Assembly (NCBI RefSeq): GCF_000143415.4
Contig: NW_003314276.1
Location: 893,630 to 957,629 of the forward strand
Direction: 5' to 3'
Length of the DNA: 64,000 nucleotides
From: Selaginella moellendorffii
Taxonomy: Eukaryota > Plantae > Lycopodiophyta
The position numbers and the translations under genes are program-made. Under the pieces are notes generated by a model. That model was not told the DNA's origin and made no database searches. It saw nothing but the letters and a program-made list of their open reading frames with translations. How positions within the stretch are numbered: the first letter of the stretch is position 1; the number at the start of each line of letters is the position of its first letter. Below are positions 36,698 to 50,749 of the stretch, piece by piece.

Positions 36698-39600
36698 ATC
36701 ATGCTGCAATTACTTCATTATTAAAGTGGAAGAACTTGGTTGGTTGTACTGCTTAGTGGGATTTGAAACTTCAGATATATAATTTTGATGTTGTTCATTG
36801 CCCGAGGAGTTCTATGGTTGATATTGATGCTTTTTCTTAAGCTTCTTTTCCTTCTTCACTCTTTTTTATATTTCTGATGATTCTGTTGTTCTAATATCTG
36901 TGGATTTTTTAAATAAGGATTTTGTGCCATTAACAGTTGTTGTACTTGATGTTCAGTGTCCTTAAGGTGCAAAGCAAGATTTACCTACTCTTGATGAGGT
37001 TCGTGAGGCTTAAAAGATTGAGTTGTGGATTTGAAGGTTTCACAATAGATTTAAGAATTTTGCATCATTTGCTAATGACTTGCCATTTCGGCATTTATAT
37101 TCTCAATATCGCCTTGAGGATGGCCTTCTTTATTTTGTGGGAACAGATCTTGATGATTATTTATAACTAATGGTACCTTTGATCTTTATTCCACGTTTTC
37201 TCCATGCCTATCATGATTCTTCTATTTTAAGCGGGTATATGGGATATCGTCGTGTGATCGAGAAGATGCATAGATCTTTTTATTGATTGAAGATGTGATG
37301 TGATGGTATCTAGTATATGCGTAATTGTGTTTGATGCCAAGCTTGTAATACTCCCCCTTGTGCTGCATAAGGATGGTTAGAGTCAATTGCAATTTCCCGT
37401 TTGTTTGAGTTGGTGGTGTTTGATTTGATGGGGCCCTTTCCACGACTACTGGCAATGAACATGTCATTATTGCTTTTGACTACTTGACTCACTAGGTGGA
37501 AATCAGTGCTTTTGCTAGTGCATTTGCAATTACTATTAGATACTTCCTCCTCAATCAAGCGGTGTTTCAACATTCCTGGTTGGAGCAGATTCTTTCAGAT
37601 AATGGTCTCACATTTATTGTTGAGGCATTTCACGTTTTGACGTCTCGGTTGAGGATACACCACATTTTCACAAATTCTTATTATCCATAGTCAGACAGTT
37701 TGGTGGAAAGGCTCATTTTGACCTTTAAAGGGATGATCGTAAAGTATGTGAATTTCAACATTTAGATTGGGATGGTTATTTACCGTCTCTTCAATATACA
37801 TATGTTATAATGGTGCAAAGTTTTGTTGGTGCTTCACTATATAAACTCCTATATAGTCATGATCCAATATTATCAATGGAATAGGATTGCCACGTGCTAT
37901 TAATGTTAGGTCATGGGATCAATATTTGACGAGTATTCTTCCACTTGTTCAAGCAGAATCTACCAAACACTTGGGCCATATACAAGTGGAACAACTATCT
38001 CAACAGTGCTACAGCTCCCATCATTATCCACCTACGGAGTACAAAGTGGATGACTTGGTGTTAATTTGTTTTCCCAATCTTATGGTATATGATTTATTTA
38101 AGAGGCTCGTTGCTTAGTGGAAAAAACTGTATTGGATGTTGTAGCAAATTGGACCACAAGTTTATGAGGTTTGGCATGACATTCAACAGTTCAATCCTCT
38201 AGAAATTATGTATGTGCAGTAGTTGAAACACTTTATGCAAAGGGATAAAAAACAATTGACACCACTTACAGATCCACTAATGCCTTCTCTTGATGTTCGT
38301 CTACATCCTAGCCCATCCATAAGAGAACCCTAATGGTCTTTTATCATTTCGATAAAAGGGGATAATATGAGGTCCAAGTGTACAGCTATAATACCGTATA
38401 CTAATATTAGCATAGTGAGACTTTGGTAGTTGTTGGATTGGTTTTAATTCAAACCACTCACTCTTGTATATAAGCTAAGGCTTTTGGAATAATTGATATG
38501 CATATTTTTATATTCCTTCCACATTCTATGCATTCACAATTCTTATTTATCCTCTGAGGGTTTTTAGATTTAAAATCATAATACACTAAATTAGTGTGGG
38601 ATATGTTATAAAGAAAGAAAATATTCTAGAGAAATATTCTATCAAGGAATATTAGAGAAATCTGAATATTTTGAGCATCTTTGTGGCTCATCCTTCCAGC
38701 TCCAAAATGCCAGTGCAATAGGCAACTACTGGTAAAAAGTGATTATTTTAAAGGAGTTATAGACAAGTAACTTTTGATATCTATAATCACACTCATGATA
38801 ATAATAATAATGGTCTAAGAGTCAAGTTTTGGAATAGTAAATAACACTTTCACTTCTAGGGTTTTTACCAATCAAAAGTTTGTATAAGTGGTTGTTATAA
38901 GCAACCAAAGATACTTAAAAAAATGATATATTGAGGCATTTAAAGTCAAGTGTCCTTGAATTTGAATAATATTGGGCTGGATGACTTCTTAAGAAGTCCA
39001 AATTTATAAACTTATATTTGTATATATAAAGTAATTTTGCCTTCTCAATTGGAGCAGCCTTAAGAAAAATGTCATTTGTAATCATCTCTTTTTTTGTTTT
39101 CTAAAACTTTATATATATTGCAATTTAGGTTTTGTTGAATTGATTTTATAAGATTGAATGTTGAGATAGAGCTCTAGAGCCATGAAGATTCTTAGTGGGT
39201 ATCTATAGTAGATATCTTTTCCTTTCTTCATCAGCTAGATAAAGATTCTCATGTGTTAAAGGCTGCGTGATCCTCTTCATTAGAAATAGATCATGTATTA
39301 TTAGACCCTTTATGTATTTCTACTTAAGCTAGTTGAGAAATTAGTCATTATATGTGCACTTAAACTAGAAAGGACTAAAGAAGGAAATTTTAAGTTAACA
39401 TTTAGTTAAACATATTTTATCTGGTGAAAATAAAATTATATTAACTTGCATTTGGTAGTGTTGAAAACCCCTATTAAATTTAGTCCTTCAAATAATAGTT
39501 TATTATGTCTTCCTAGCACTCTCGTTATAATACTTCATGAATTGGTCCTATTGACTATTTATGGAAGGTGTCAAGAATTATCAATTATGTATATCTATAA

Positions 39601-41339
39601 AATGTAAAGAATGTTTTGAACACGATGGTGTTATTTCTGAATCTAAATTCATAATCTAACATTAGTTTATATTTAATAAAAATTATAACCTTGTTGAAAA
39701 GACTATCTTTAAAAGATAAAGAATTGGGATGAATGCACAAAGTGAACTTGGCTAAAGACATAATTTGTTAATTTTTATATTGTTTTGCTCCTTGTTGGAA
39801 GTGTCACTTTTTGTTTTGCATTTAGCTTGGAGTTAAACCCATGTTCTATACAATGATACCTATATTCTTGCATTAGACCATTACTATGTTGAATTTTGAG
39901 CCAAAATTTATTTTGGATTTATTTTAAGATAAAATTTGACAAATTCAATTCCTATTAAGTACTGTTACTTACAATATAATATAATTTATCTTCTTACCAC
40001 ATTGAACACATTTTATATTTTTCCTCTTAGATAGCTAGTAAAAGGGTAATTTATTCATGAGAGGAATTTAATGGCTATTTACCCTTGAGCACCTTTAAAA
40101 TTGAAATAATATTTATTTGCATCCATGAGTACATCCTTTATCTTGTAAGGGATTTATTAATGAAAGAGTCTATTAAAGGATTATACTACAGGTGGATGAC
40201 TTATTCCCTTATATGAAGTATTTAGTTTATACAATAAAAATATTAAGACATCTAAATACGAGAGGGTTAATTTAATTAATAGTAGTGCTATTAAGTAGAA
40301 ATAACACTACTATTAAGCAAACCAAGCATTGCTACATGCAAAGTGTAGCAAAGTTTTCTATAAATTTGATAGCATAATCAATGGATAACATTGGTTTAAT
40401 AATATTTATAATCCTACTTATCAAAAGCCAAAGTAGCTTGATCTTCATATTCATTTCACGATGGAGAATTGAAATAAATTAGGATTAGCTCTGAAGAACT
40501 ATAATTAAATAAGATTCAGCTCTAGTCTTTGGCATTGGGTGGGCTGTGGCAAGTAATTATCCTTGCAAACTTAGTTGAGAGGAACATTTGGTTGATGGCA
40601 TGCTCGGCCTTGTGGATGAGCCTATCATTCAAGCATTAGATTATCATTATGTGCTTATGTAGAAGGGGAGCTATCTTTTATACACACATATGGCGTGCAA
40701 TTTGTAAAAGGGTGGAAATTACAATTCAGTGTCAATGTGGTAGTTTTCTATTGGTTCGGCATTAAATGTCAATCCCATTGCAATGGATGTGCCATAGATG
40801 CTGGCCCGATGGGTTAATGATGTCCCCATAATATGAACATTGTGCTATATATAGATGCCACATATCATCAAGTTTGACCCCATGACCTAGGGATTCATCA
40901 GATCTTAGGGTTTAGGAGATGCTTCCTTGCATTAGCACCCTGCCTTAGCGCTCTGCTATTTGACATGTTTCTTGGCACCAGATGTGGAAGGTAACTTGGT
41001 TTGCTAGTGATTGCTTTCAAATGTTTTTGTGGGCAATGTTGGAAGTGGCTTTGATTTTCTACTAAATTGCTCTCTATAGACTTTGAAGTTCCTACCATGA
41101 GTATAGTTCCCTCCCAGGTTTACTTTAAATTTGTGTCATTGAAACTTTTTCTTCTAAGTTTACTGGAAGATGTGGAGGAAGAGGAGGTGGATGGCCTTCC
41201 ATCCAATTTTAGTGATTCAGATTGTGGTTCAAGTGTGGATAGTGACAACGATGCTTTCTTAGAGGTTTGGTTAATTTTCAGCCTCCTAGATTCAATTGAT
41301 TTGCACGTTTCTAGGCCTTCTATAATTTTTTGTGATTGA

Positions 41340-43480
41340 GGTGATTTGGTAGTTTAGCCGCATTTGACATCTGAAAGGCACCTGAAGATCCTCGAGACTA
41401 AGACTATTGTTTACCTTGCATGCTATCTTAGAATTTCCAAGCCAACACTATACAAATACATGTGGCTTGTCGATCCAAATTGGAGAGGCATATACTATAA
41501 GGTACCATTTGAAGAAGTACTTCATCATGTCTGGACTAATAATGCGATGAATCAAGATGGCACAAACTGGGGGATTATCAATTCCCAATCTAGCTATCAA
41601 ATTGGAGGATACTAGTTTAGCAAACACCAAATTTGTGAAGCCTTAGCCACTCATAACCCAACTAGGCTAAAACAGAGGCACTTGACAAGGATTTTACAAT
41701 AGATTTATAGGAATGAGAAGGCTTATACACTTTGCCATATGGAATGTGAGTATTCTTTTATTTCTGCCTTTTGTGAGCATATGTGGTAACATGTTTATTG
41801 TAGCATATTGCAAGCTTGTAAGCTATGGTTTCTATGTATATGCCATTATTTGCGGGGCAACTCATTATATTGTAGCTTGCAAGTTGGCTACCTCCAAAGA
41901 ATCCCATGCAATATTCAACACATATGCATAGGTTGTTCATCGATTTGGAAGGCCCAAGTGCATTCGGAGTAATAATACTCTAGAGCACAGTGAGGTCAAG
42001 AGGGATATAGTCCATTATTGGGGTCCTGCAGCTAAGAGCTTTATATGTAGAATATCAACATGTAACCAAGTACTCACAACATTAAAATTTGTCCAAATAA
42101 GGACTAAATCCATTTTATTTTATAGTATATAGAGCATTTGTGGAAAGAGTTTTTTGAGTGCGTGATGTGGTTTTATAAGCACCTTTTTGAGTCTATAAAA
42201 AATATAAAAATTCTCGATGTATCTAATCCATGGCACAACCAAAGTCTACTGTAAGGAACCAACTCGCCGAGGTGTCGTAGGCTAAAGGATCCCCGAAAGC
42301 ATGACCAAAATGACAAAGAGTTCATCGAATGGGACTGAGTCGAAGATCGAGTCCAAGACTGACTCTGAGACCGAGTTCGAAATAGAGTCCGAGATCGAGT
42401 CCGAGGCCGAATCGGAGACCGAGTTCAAGACCGATTTCGAGACAGAGTCCGAGATCCAAATCGGGTCCGAGACTGAGTCCGAGGTTGAGTCCAAAGTCGA
42501 GTCTGAAATCGGGTCCGAGACCGAGTCCAAGATCGAGTCTGAGACCGAGTCTGAAGTCGGGTTCGAGATCGAGTCCGAGATTGAGTCCGAGACTGAGTCC
42601 GAATACTAATACGGGTCAAAGGGTGAAAGCCCAAAGCGTGCGTCTCCCGGGGGGGGGGGGGAGGAACTGCAGGGGGTTCCAAAAGTATAGTAGGGATAGT
42701 GAGGTCTAGGAACCAATTTTGAAGGAACTCTCCAGTGGGGTTTCCAAACAGACTTGAGGTTGGGACTGGGACCGAGGGGCCTTGGGTGGGAGTGAGCATG
42801 GACTTGGTTGGTGCCGGAGGGGCCATCCAAGGAAGTGCTCAAGAGCAGCTCCCACTCCCGAAAGGGAAACTGACTGCGGTGCTCCCGGCTAATGTGGAGT
42901 GGTGCCCCACTTAAGTACCATGCGGCTCATTGGTCCTCACCCTTCCTAGGGGCTTGGACCTTCCCTTCGGGATGGAATTGGGGGGGTAGAGGTACCCATA
43001 CCGGGCCGTTAGGCCACGGTGTTTTGCCCCGGCGTCCCGAAGTAAGTGTTGCACCCAAGACTTGGGATTTAGAGGGTCCCATGATCAAGTCTTGTGGTAC
43101 CAAGGGATGTTAGGAATCTGGAAGCTTGGTGTGCTTGGTTGCTTGTGCTTGCGGGGAGTGTAGCCGAACCTTAAGTCCAGTCTAACCCGGGGAGGGGGAT
43201 TGGGAGAGATTTAGGAATTCGTGGATGGATGGGTAACACTCTGTTGCTGGTGCAGTGAGTAGATGAAACCAAGTAGAACCAAGTAGGAGTTGGTACTATA
43301 GGCGGGAACCTTGGCGAGGGAATAGCAAAAGCTAAGGTAGTGTTGGACGGATAGACGAGGTAAGCTGGCAAATTGGAAAGGAAAAATTTATGGCTTACAT
43401 CTACATTGTGTCTTTGCTCTATACCTCAAGAAGGATATTTTGCACTAGGTTGCAACCTGGAACCTCCATGAGGTCTGTCT
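41340..43480 (+). pseudogene. Intron-containing DDE transposase relic of the eukaryotic IS3EU-like integrase-core type, interrupted by a solo LTR
   Basis: Spliced translation LCHMES-YCKLVSYGFYVYAIICG...FGRPKCIRSNNTLEH...SFICRISTCNQ-YIEHLWKEF...ILDVSNPWHNQSLHCVF...TWNLH, introns 41746-41803 and 42070-42125. Confidence 0.72.
42250..43399 (+). mobile_element. Solo LTR, family A
   Basis: TGTAAG...CTTACA termini with perfect TSD TCTAC. Confidence 0.95.
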
Positions 43481-46117
43481 GTATCGATGTGGTGATTACT
43501 TTAAGCCATCTCATATTCCTACAAACTTATTTCAACCAATGGAACAAGAGCTTAGGTAAGAAATTTAGTAATGTTATAAAATTCTTTATAAATTGTGCTT
43601 TTGTAGGATTATGCTGGCTGTTGGTGGAAAAAATATTGAAGTTATACTTAAACCATTTCTCTCCAATGTCGAAGGTGCAACTTTGTCAGAGGTAATCTTT
43701 AGAGCAAAAATAGAACAATTTCTTTTAATCTATTTTGTTATGCTTAATTACTTTACAGGCTCTCGGTACTATTTGAAGCTAGGCTTTTTTTATGCATCGG
43801 GAGGGACTCAACTTGGATGAATAATATCTACTTCATTTGGATCTAACAATAGAGTGTGCAATTGCTCATATCACAAATGTAGATCTACCACTTTACATCG
43901 AGAGTGCCTTGATTATAGCAACATTAGTGAAGCAACAAGCTTTGGAAAAATTGCACTTGGCTATAGTCAAAGAAAACTGAATGTTCTTTAGTGTAAATTT
44001 AAAAGTCAATTCTTGATATTCTCAATTTTAGGGTTGCCACATTCAAGATTAGGGTTTACACCAAGTCCCACCCATATTGAATGTGCCTTGGATACAGGGC
44101 AATTTCATTTTATGACAACGTTTTATATGATTTTGTCAATGGTTCATTCATTCTTCCAATCGATTTGTATGATCTAAGCAGAGGTAAGGCTTCTAGTGCA
44201 CACTCCCCTAATCGCAAGACCACCGCCTAAGCAAGAGTGCCACAACTAAGATGGTGGGTAGCTTCTCCTCGATCAAATTTGCATAATCATTCCCTTGTGG
44301 TTTTCAAGCTCAAAGCAAGAACACTACATGCCTTAACAGTAGTAGACACTATGCAAGAAATATCTTGCGAGCATGCACCCAAGCACTTGATGTTCCATAG
44401 TTGGTACAACCAACAATCCCACAAGACACATGCCAACCACTTGATTTTCCAGGCTCTACAGTAGGGACATCAACTCCAACAGCATCCCACCCATAGCTCC
44501 CAACTGCATTTGAGCAAATAGAGTGTCACCTAACATTGCATACATTGGAACATATTCAGAACCTCTAGCATGTTTCATTCTCCTCACCTTCCCTAGAAAA
44601 CAGTAGCCCTAGTGTCTGAAGAGTAAAGTCTGAATGCCTCATACCCACGGTGTTGTCTAATATAGAATGCTGCCACCAACACCAACTATGGGATGTGCTA
44701 GCCCATATAGTGCTATTGCTACCAACCGCTACAACTCTCGCAACTCAATCTACTGGTACAAGTGCCAATACCTGGCCATCTACCTCTCGAAACAACAAGC
44801 GGTCTAGCTCGGTAAGTTTTTCATTTGTCCCCATCTTTTGTCCATGTGTTTTTTTGTGTAGGGTGAGTTGACAATGCCACCACACCACCAAGCTCATACT
44901 TCCCCATCAACATTCCAAAACTACTCCTAAGGATCGACATCATCATTTAGTGGAGCTTTAAAATTTAGATATATTCAAGCTGACCCTCAAGGTGGGCTGC
45001 CATGTTGTCACGAATGTGACTTTGGGTATCGAAAGATACTTGTCGACTGGTCCTTATGGACACTCTTTCCTTACTACCATGACGGCAGGAGATCAGTACA
45101 GTTGGATCCCTTTAGTAGCCCCTCTTGTGCTAGTGGAGTTAACTAGGCATTTTGAGTGTACTTAAACCGGACGAGCATAAGGACAGAATTCCTACGTGCT
45201 ATTAGCTAAGCATACTTAGCCCGGTAAGGAGTTCCTGTCTCGTTATGTCTTGCACTGGCTAGTGACAAGAACTCTCGCGTATTGAGATTAGTCCCTTAAT
45301 ATCGCCGGATGATAGCTTACCGTGTCTACCAAACACCTTCGCTATCATGCCCTTTGTGTTAGTCTCATTTCGGTCCCAAATGCTATTTATGGAAAGTGTC
45401 TAGATTTGCTCATTTGGCATATCTACGGAATGTAGAGGTCAGCTTGAACACAATGGTGTTCATCCCGTGTCCAAATTCGCAATCTAGCGCCATTCCATAT
45501 TTAGTAAGTTTCGAGCTTGTCCCAGAGACTAACTCCTGGTACTAAGGGAGGCTTGGGGTGAAAGCCCAAAGCGTGTGTTCCTCAAGGGGGGGGGGGGCTG
45601 TGGGGGGTTCCAAATGTATAGTAGGGATAGTAGTTGGAATGCATGTCCGACCACCTAAGACATTAGTTTGGCTCCCGCTAGGTTATGTTGCTCCTTGTTC
45701 TGCATCCGGCTTGGGTCTAAGCCCAAGCTCCACGCTGCTGTAGTCAGTGGAGTACCCTCCTCCTCGCGTTAGGCCACCGGTATGCCAAAATTGTGCTAGA
45801 CTCCGTCTGACACCATTTTGCGTGCAGGTGCTGTATATGGGGAGCTGGTGCTCGTGGGATTGTACCGGACCCTCGTTTCGTAGTGCAACGGGCTTGGAGT
45901 TCGGCTCCAAATTCAGGTGCGCTACATTTGGTATCAGAGGAATTGTCTCAGTGATTCCTATCCAATTTTTGTCGGATTTTCTAACTCAAGTTGCATACGC
46001 AGAGACTTTTCTAGTAGATCCGAAGCGACCTGTGTAGGATTAGTTGGATTGCACCATTCGGTGAGAACGTTGTATGCATGTTCAGTTACTGATAGAGGCA
46101 TGCATGTAGCTAGCAGG

Positions 46118-49100
46118 ATGGTGAAAAGGAACCATGCTGATGACGCTGAAACCTCTAGATGGTCTAATCGAGAGGAGGAAACTCCTGCTAGAGATGCTGC
46201 GGAAGAGGCAGAGGCTGAGTCGGAAGAGGAAGAGCCAAATGCTGCGGCGTTGCAGCATACGGCTCAGGAAGTCGAGATCGAGAATTTGCGAAAGGAGATT
46301 TGCAAATTGAAGAAGGAGAACAAGAAGAGGAAGAAAGAAGCTGAGGCAGCTAAACCAGCAAAGCCTAAGCAACCGAACTCCTCTTCAAGTTCTGAGGACG
46401 ATGAAATTCTGTAACCGCCCCCGGTTGCACGAGTTTCAAAGTTCAAGCCTCCAAAACCACCCAACTTCAAAGGCATGCAGGACTATCAGGTTTTGGAAGA
46501 CTGGGTTTACAATATGGAGAACTACTTCATAGCGGCAGACGTAGATGATCGTACGAAAGTTGCGTGTGTGCAACCCTTTCTTACCGATCATGCCAAAACT
46601 TGGTGGCGCCAAAGTGTGTGCTGAAAAAGGGCAGACTAGAAGTTGGACCAAGATGCGGTCTCGTATCCGTAAGGAATACTTGCCGGATGATCTTGGTCTG
46701 AGACTTCGCGCGGAGCTGCGGCAGTTAAAGCAGCGAGGGGATCTCATGCATTACGTTAATGCGTTTGCTCAAAAGCGCATTATGATTGCAAATATGAGTG
46801 ACGAAGATCCTCGGAGTTATTTTCTGGAGGGTTTAAGTTCACTTTCTCGCAATGAGATTTTGAAGTTTAAGCCAAAGACGTATCTGGAGTGTAAGGAGGC
46901 AGCATAGCAAGTTGCCTTTAGTCACTCACTCATGGAACAATATCAGCAACCGTATGCTGGTAACTCAAATAAGAATAGGAATTCTGGGAATAAACAAGGT
47001 GATTGAAAGCAAAGGGTGGAAAGCAGGTTTTGCCCTGGGGGCTCACAAGCAACAGTTAACAAAGGTGGTGGTGGTTGGAGACCACCAGCAGCTTCTTCTG
47101 GTCCTAGGCCCTCTGTTCCTCCTCCTAGTGAGTACAAGCAGCAGCAACCTGCAAAACTTGCTCCTAGCGGAACAGGTAGTGTGGGTCATTGCTTCCATTG
47201 TGGAGAGTCGGGACATAGGTCCTCGGAATGTCCCAACAAGTATAAGATAAGGTCTTGGGTTAATGTCATGAGGGAAGACGGTGGTGGTGAAGCTGAAGGG
47301 GTTGACGAGTTGGTCAATGCAAACTATGAGGAAGAAGAGGTGAGTAACTTTCGTTGCTTTCCTCAAACTTTTCTTGCAGTCAATGCAAACACTGATCCGT
47401 TGATGTATCTGGTAGGCTTTGTCCGTGGACACCGAATCCGAGTGATGATTGACACAGGAGCTACGCACAGCGTGATATCCGAAGACTTAGTTAAGTTGTT
47501 AGGATTGAATGTTGAGCAAATGTTGCCTATGCACTTCCGGTTTGCGGAAGGTGGGCAAGTAGCCAGAAAGTTTGTGAATGATGTTCCAATAAAGATATCC
47601 AAGTGGAAAGAAAGAGTGGACTTGGTAGTGTTGAAGATACCAGATTTTCAAATGGTGTTTGGTATGGACTTCTTCAACAAATTTATAAAAGGGATTTATG
47701 GTGCTGGACAAAGTCGTATCACATTGAAGTCAAAAGGACGTCCCGATGTGTCCTTCTAGTTGCAAAAGCGTTCCTTAAAGGATTGGGATGGAAAGTTCCT
47801 GATTGCGAGGGCCGCTCAAAAAGCAGCTAAGAGGGGATGTCGGACCTTTTGGGTTCAAGTGATGGAAGCTGAGAGTGTGGGTGACTCAGTTCGAATTGGC
47901 GACGGGGTTGATCCTATACCAAAGAAGATATTGGAGTTGTTGGCACAGAATCAGGATATCTTCCCGAAGGATTTGCCACCAGGGGTACCCCCTAGCCATG
48001 AGGTTGATCATCGGATTGAGGTTACTCCGGGTTCTAAACCACCTATGAAAGCTCTGTATCGATTGAACATTAAGGAGATGGCTGAACTCAAGAAGCAACT
48101 CACAGAGCTTCTTGACAAAGGTCATATCCGACCAAGCAAGTCACCTTATGGAGCACCAATCCTTTTTGTTATGAAAAAGGATGGAACCATGAGGATGTGT
48201 ATTGACTATCGGGCACTCAACAAGATCACGGTCAAGAACAGTTATCCTTTGCCTCGCATTAATGACTTGTTTGACCAACTCTTAAAGGCTAAGTATTTTA
48301 TGCGACTTGATTTGCGGTCCGGGTATCATCAAATACAGGTGGCGAATCAGGATGTGGAGAAGACAGCCTTTAAGACTCGGTATGGATCTTATGAGTTCCT
48401 TGTCATGCCGTTCGGGTTATGCAATGCTCTGGCAACGTTCAACACTATGATGGATAGAATATTCAGAGATTATTTGGATGCATTTGTCATCCTGTATATT
48501 GACGATGTTCTAATCTTTAGTGAAACGTTGGAGGATCATTTGAAACACTTGGAGCTGGTGTTTCAAAAGTTGCGCGAACACAAACTGTATGCCAAGGAAA
48601 GTAAATGTGCTTTTGGTCAATTGCGCGTAAACTTTCTCGGACATATAGTTGGTGGTGGTGTGATTGAGGTCGATCCAAAGAAAGTGGAAGCGGTGAAGTC
48701 TTGGGAAGTCCCGACCACTGTATCAGATGTTCGTTCCTTTCTCGGTTTGGCGGGATACTATCGTAAGTTTGTCCACAATTTTGCAAGGATTGCTCTTCCA
48801 TTAACTGAGTTGATGAAGAGTAGTATTCCGTTTCATTGGACACTAGCTTGTCAGCGTGCTTTTGTACGGTTGAAGGAGATCTTGACTACGGTTCCTGTTC
48901 TTAGGATCCCAGATCTTGATAAACCCTTCGAAGTGCATTGTGATGCATCTGGATATGCTATTGGTGCCGTGTTGCAGCAAGATTGTGACAAAGCGGTTGG
49001 TGTTACGCTAAGGCGACATGGTTGTCCCGTTGCGTTCTACTCTAAGAAATTGGATGAAACTCAACAAAAATGGCCAACGCATGAGAAAGAGATGTTTGCT

Positions 49101-50313
49101 ATAGTGTCGGCCCTGGAACACTGGAGACACTACTTGGGTGGACACACTAAGGTTTATACAGATAGTAACACACTGAGCTACTTTGCTACGCAGCCTAAGC
49201 TTACGCCGAAGCAAGCTTGTTGGCAAGAGAAGCTAGCTAGATATGATATTGAAATCATATATAAACTTGGTAAAGACAATATTGTTCCGGATGCATTAAG
49301 TCGTCAAGCTCAATTCTGGGCAATATCGGCTATCAGTTCGGATTGGTTGGAGGACGTTCGGGCTTCATATGGAAGTAATCCATTGGCGAAGGCAATCTTA
49401 TGCCATGCGGGGTTGTTGAAGCAGAACCCTAGTAGCGAAGCAGCAAAAGTTGCTAGTCGCACTAATGCGAAGCTTCACTTCTCAGTTCGGGATGGGCTTA
49501 TATTCTATAAGCAAGAAAGATTGTATCTTCCCTCTAAGGATCTTCAGCAATTATTTTTGCGGGAACATCATGATGTTCCGGCAGTGGGACATGGTGGGAA
49601 GCGCAAGACTCTAGCTTCATTGAAAAAGTGATTTTTCTGGTCTGGTATGGAAGGTGATGTAGCGGATTATATCCGTTCCTACCCTATATGCCAGCAGTGT
49701 AAGCGTAGAACTGAGAAGCAAGCTGGGAAGTTGCAGTGCATTCCAGCACCGGCATGGCCATTTCAGAGTGTGACACTTGATTTCATCACTTGCTTGCCGA
49801 AGTCTAAGGGTTATGATACTTTGATGGTGGTTGTGGATTGGTTGTCGAAGATTGCACACTTCATTCCAACTGTGGGAACAGTGAATGCGAAACAAGCAGC
49901 AAAGCTCTTTTTCCATGAAGTAGTGCGAGTTCGTGGTCTTCCTGAAAAGATGATCTCGGATAGAGATTCGAGGTTTACGGGGAAGTTTTGGGGCACACTG
50001 TTCTAGCTGTTTGGTACCAAGTTGAAGTTTAGTACGGCTTATCATCCTCAGACTGATGGGCAGACCGAACGCGTGAATGCTCAAGTTGAGGATTATCTGC
50101 GGTACTATGTCGCGGCGGACCAACGTGACTGGGTTGAGCATTTGGATATAGCAGAAATCTGTTATAACAACACATTTCACAGCGCTATAGGCTGTTCTCC
50201 ATGGGAGATGCTGCAAGGGAATACCCAACTTGTGAATCAACTTGGGAGCCTCTTAGTAATCTTACCTATGCTCGTTAGCTTGTCACGGAGTATGAGAATA
50301 GTAATAAAACTTA
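46118..50313 (+). pseudogene. gag-pol of element B (CCHC knuckle, DTGA protease, RT, RH, INT) with stops, frameshifts and a deletion
   Basis: CFHCGESGHRSSEC, IDTGATHS, YIDD. A junction at ~50222 removes the late integrase and most of the chromodomain. Confidence 0.9.
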
Positions 50314-50749
50314 GCTTTTGTAAATCTTGTAATAAATCTTGCAAATCAATAAGTAATCTATTTTTATAAATCAACGTATCGTTTCTCTCATTCATTAGTA
50401 CTTGGGTCAGTTTTGGCAGGCTGACTTCAGCACTTCGGTGCATGGGTCCAATCCATAACCATGGGGATAACTATTATAGACTGATCACAAGTCCCCGCCT
50501 CTCTCTCGATGCCTCATTTTTTAAAAGGGGCGTGGTCGTGTAAACAACTTAATCTGCCAGTTTATAGTAGTTGTCTAAATCTTCCCGACGGGGTTGATTT
50601 CTTGCTCAGGGGCAGTTGGGCCTCTGGCCTGCTCCCTATGTCCCTGCGGGCAGGGATGTATCATTCCTTTGTAAGCCGAGTGGTACTCGGAGTAGCAAGG
50701 GTGGCTAACTCTGTTAGTTATTTCCTTGTTGGTGACGGCCGGAGGGTGT

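Larger units (their letters stand above)
23976..38585 (+). mobile_element. Old degraded Ty3/gypsy host element (family D), split by nested insertions
   Basis: RT relic (VMPFGLNNA) at ~24010-24615, RNase H (NYSMIEKECLATVWGFKKF) at 31408-31562 resuming at 36703, integrase relic ~37300-37800, possible PPT and LTR ~38355-38585. Boundaries approximate. Confidence 0.7.

Noticed and set aside
45709-45728. GCTTGGGTCTAAGCCCAAGC as a twister ribozyme P4 loop
   Set aside because: No upstream UAA cleavage strand or P1/P2 pairing found, and the loop differs in the copy at 31761. It is a simple hairpin.
47757-47759. In-frame TAG between protease and RT as programmed readthrough
   Set aside because: This copy has several other stops consistent with C-to-T decay, and no second copy in the window covers the site.
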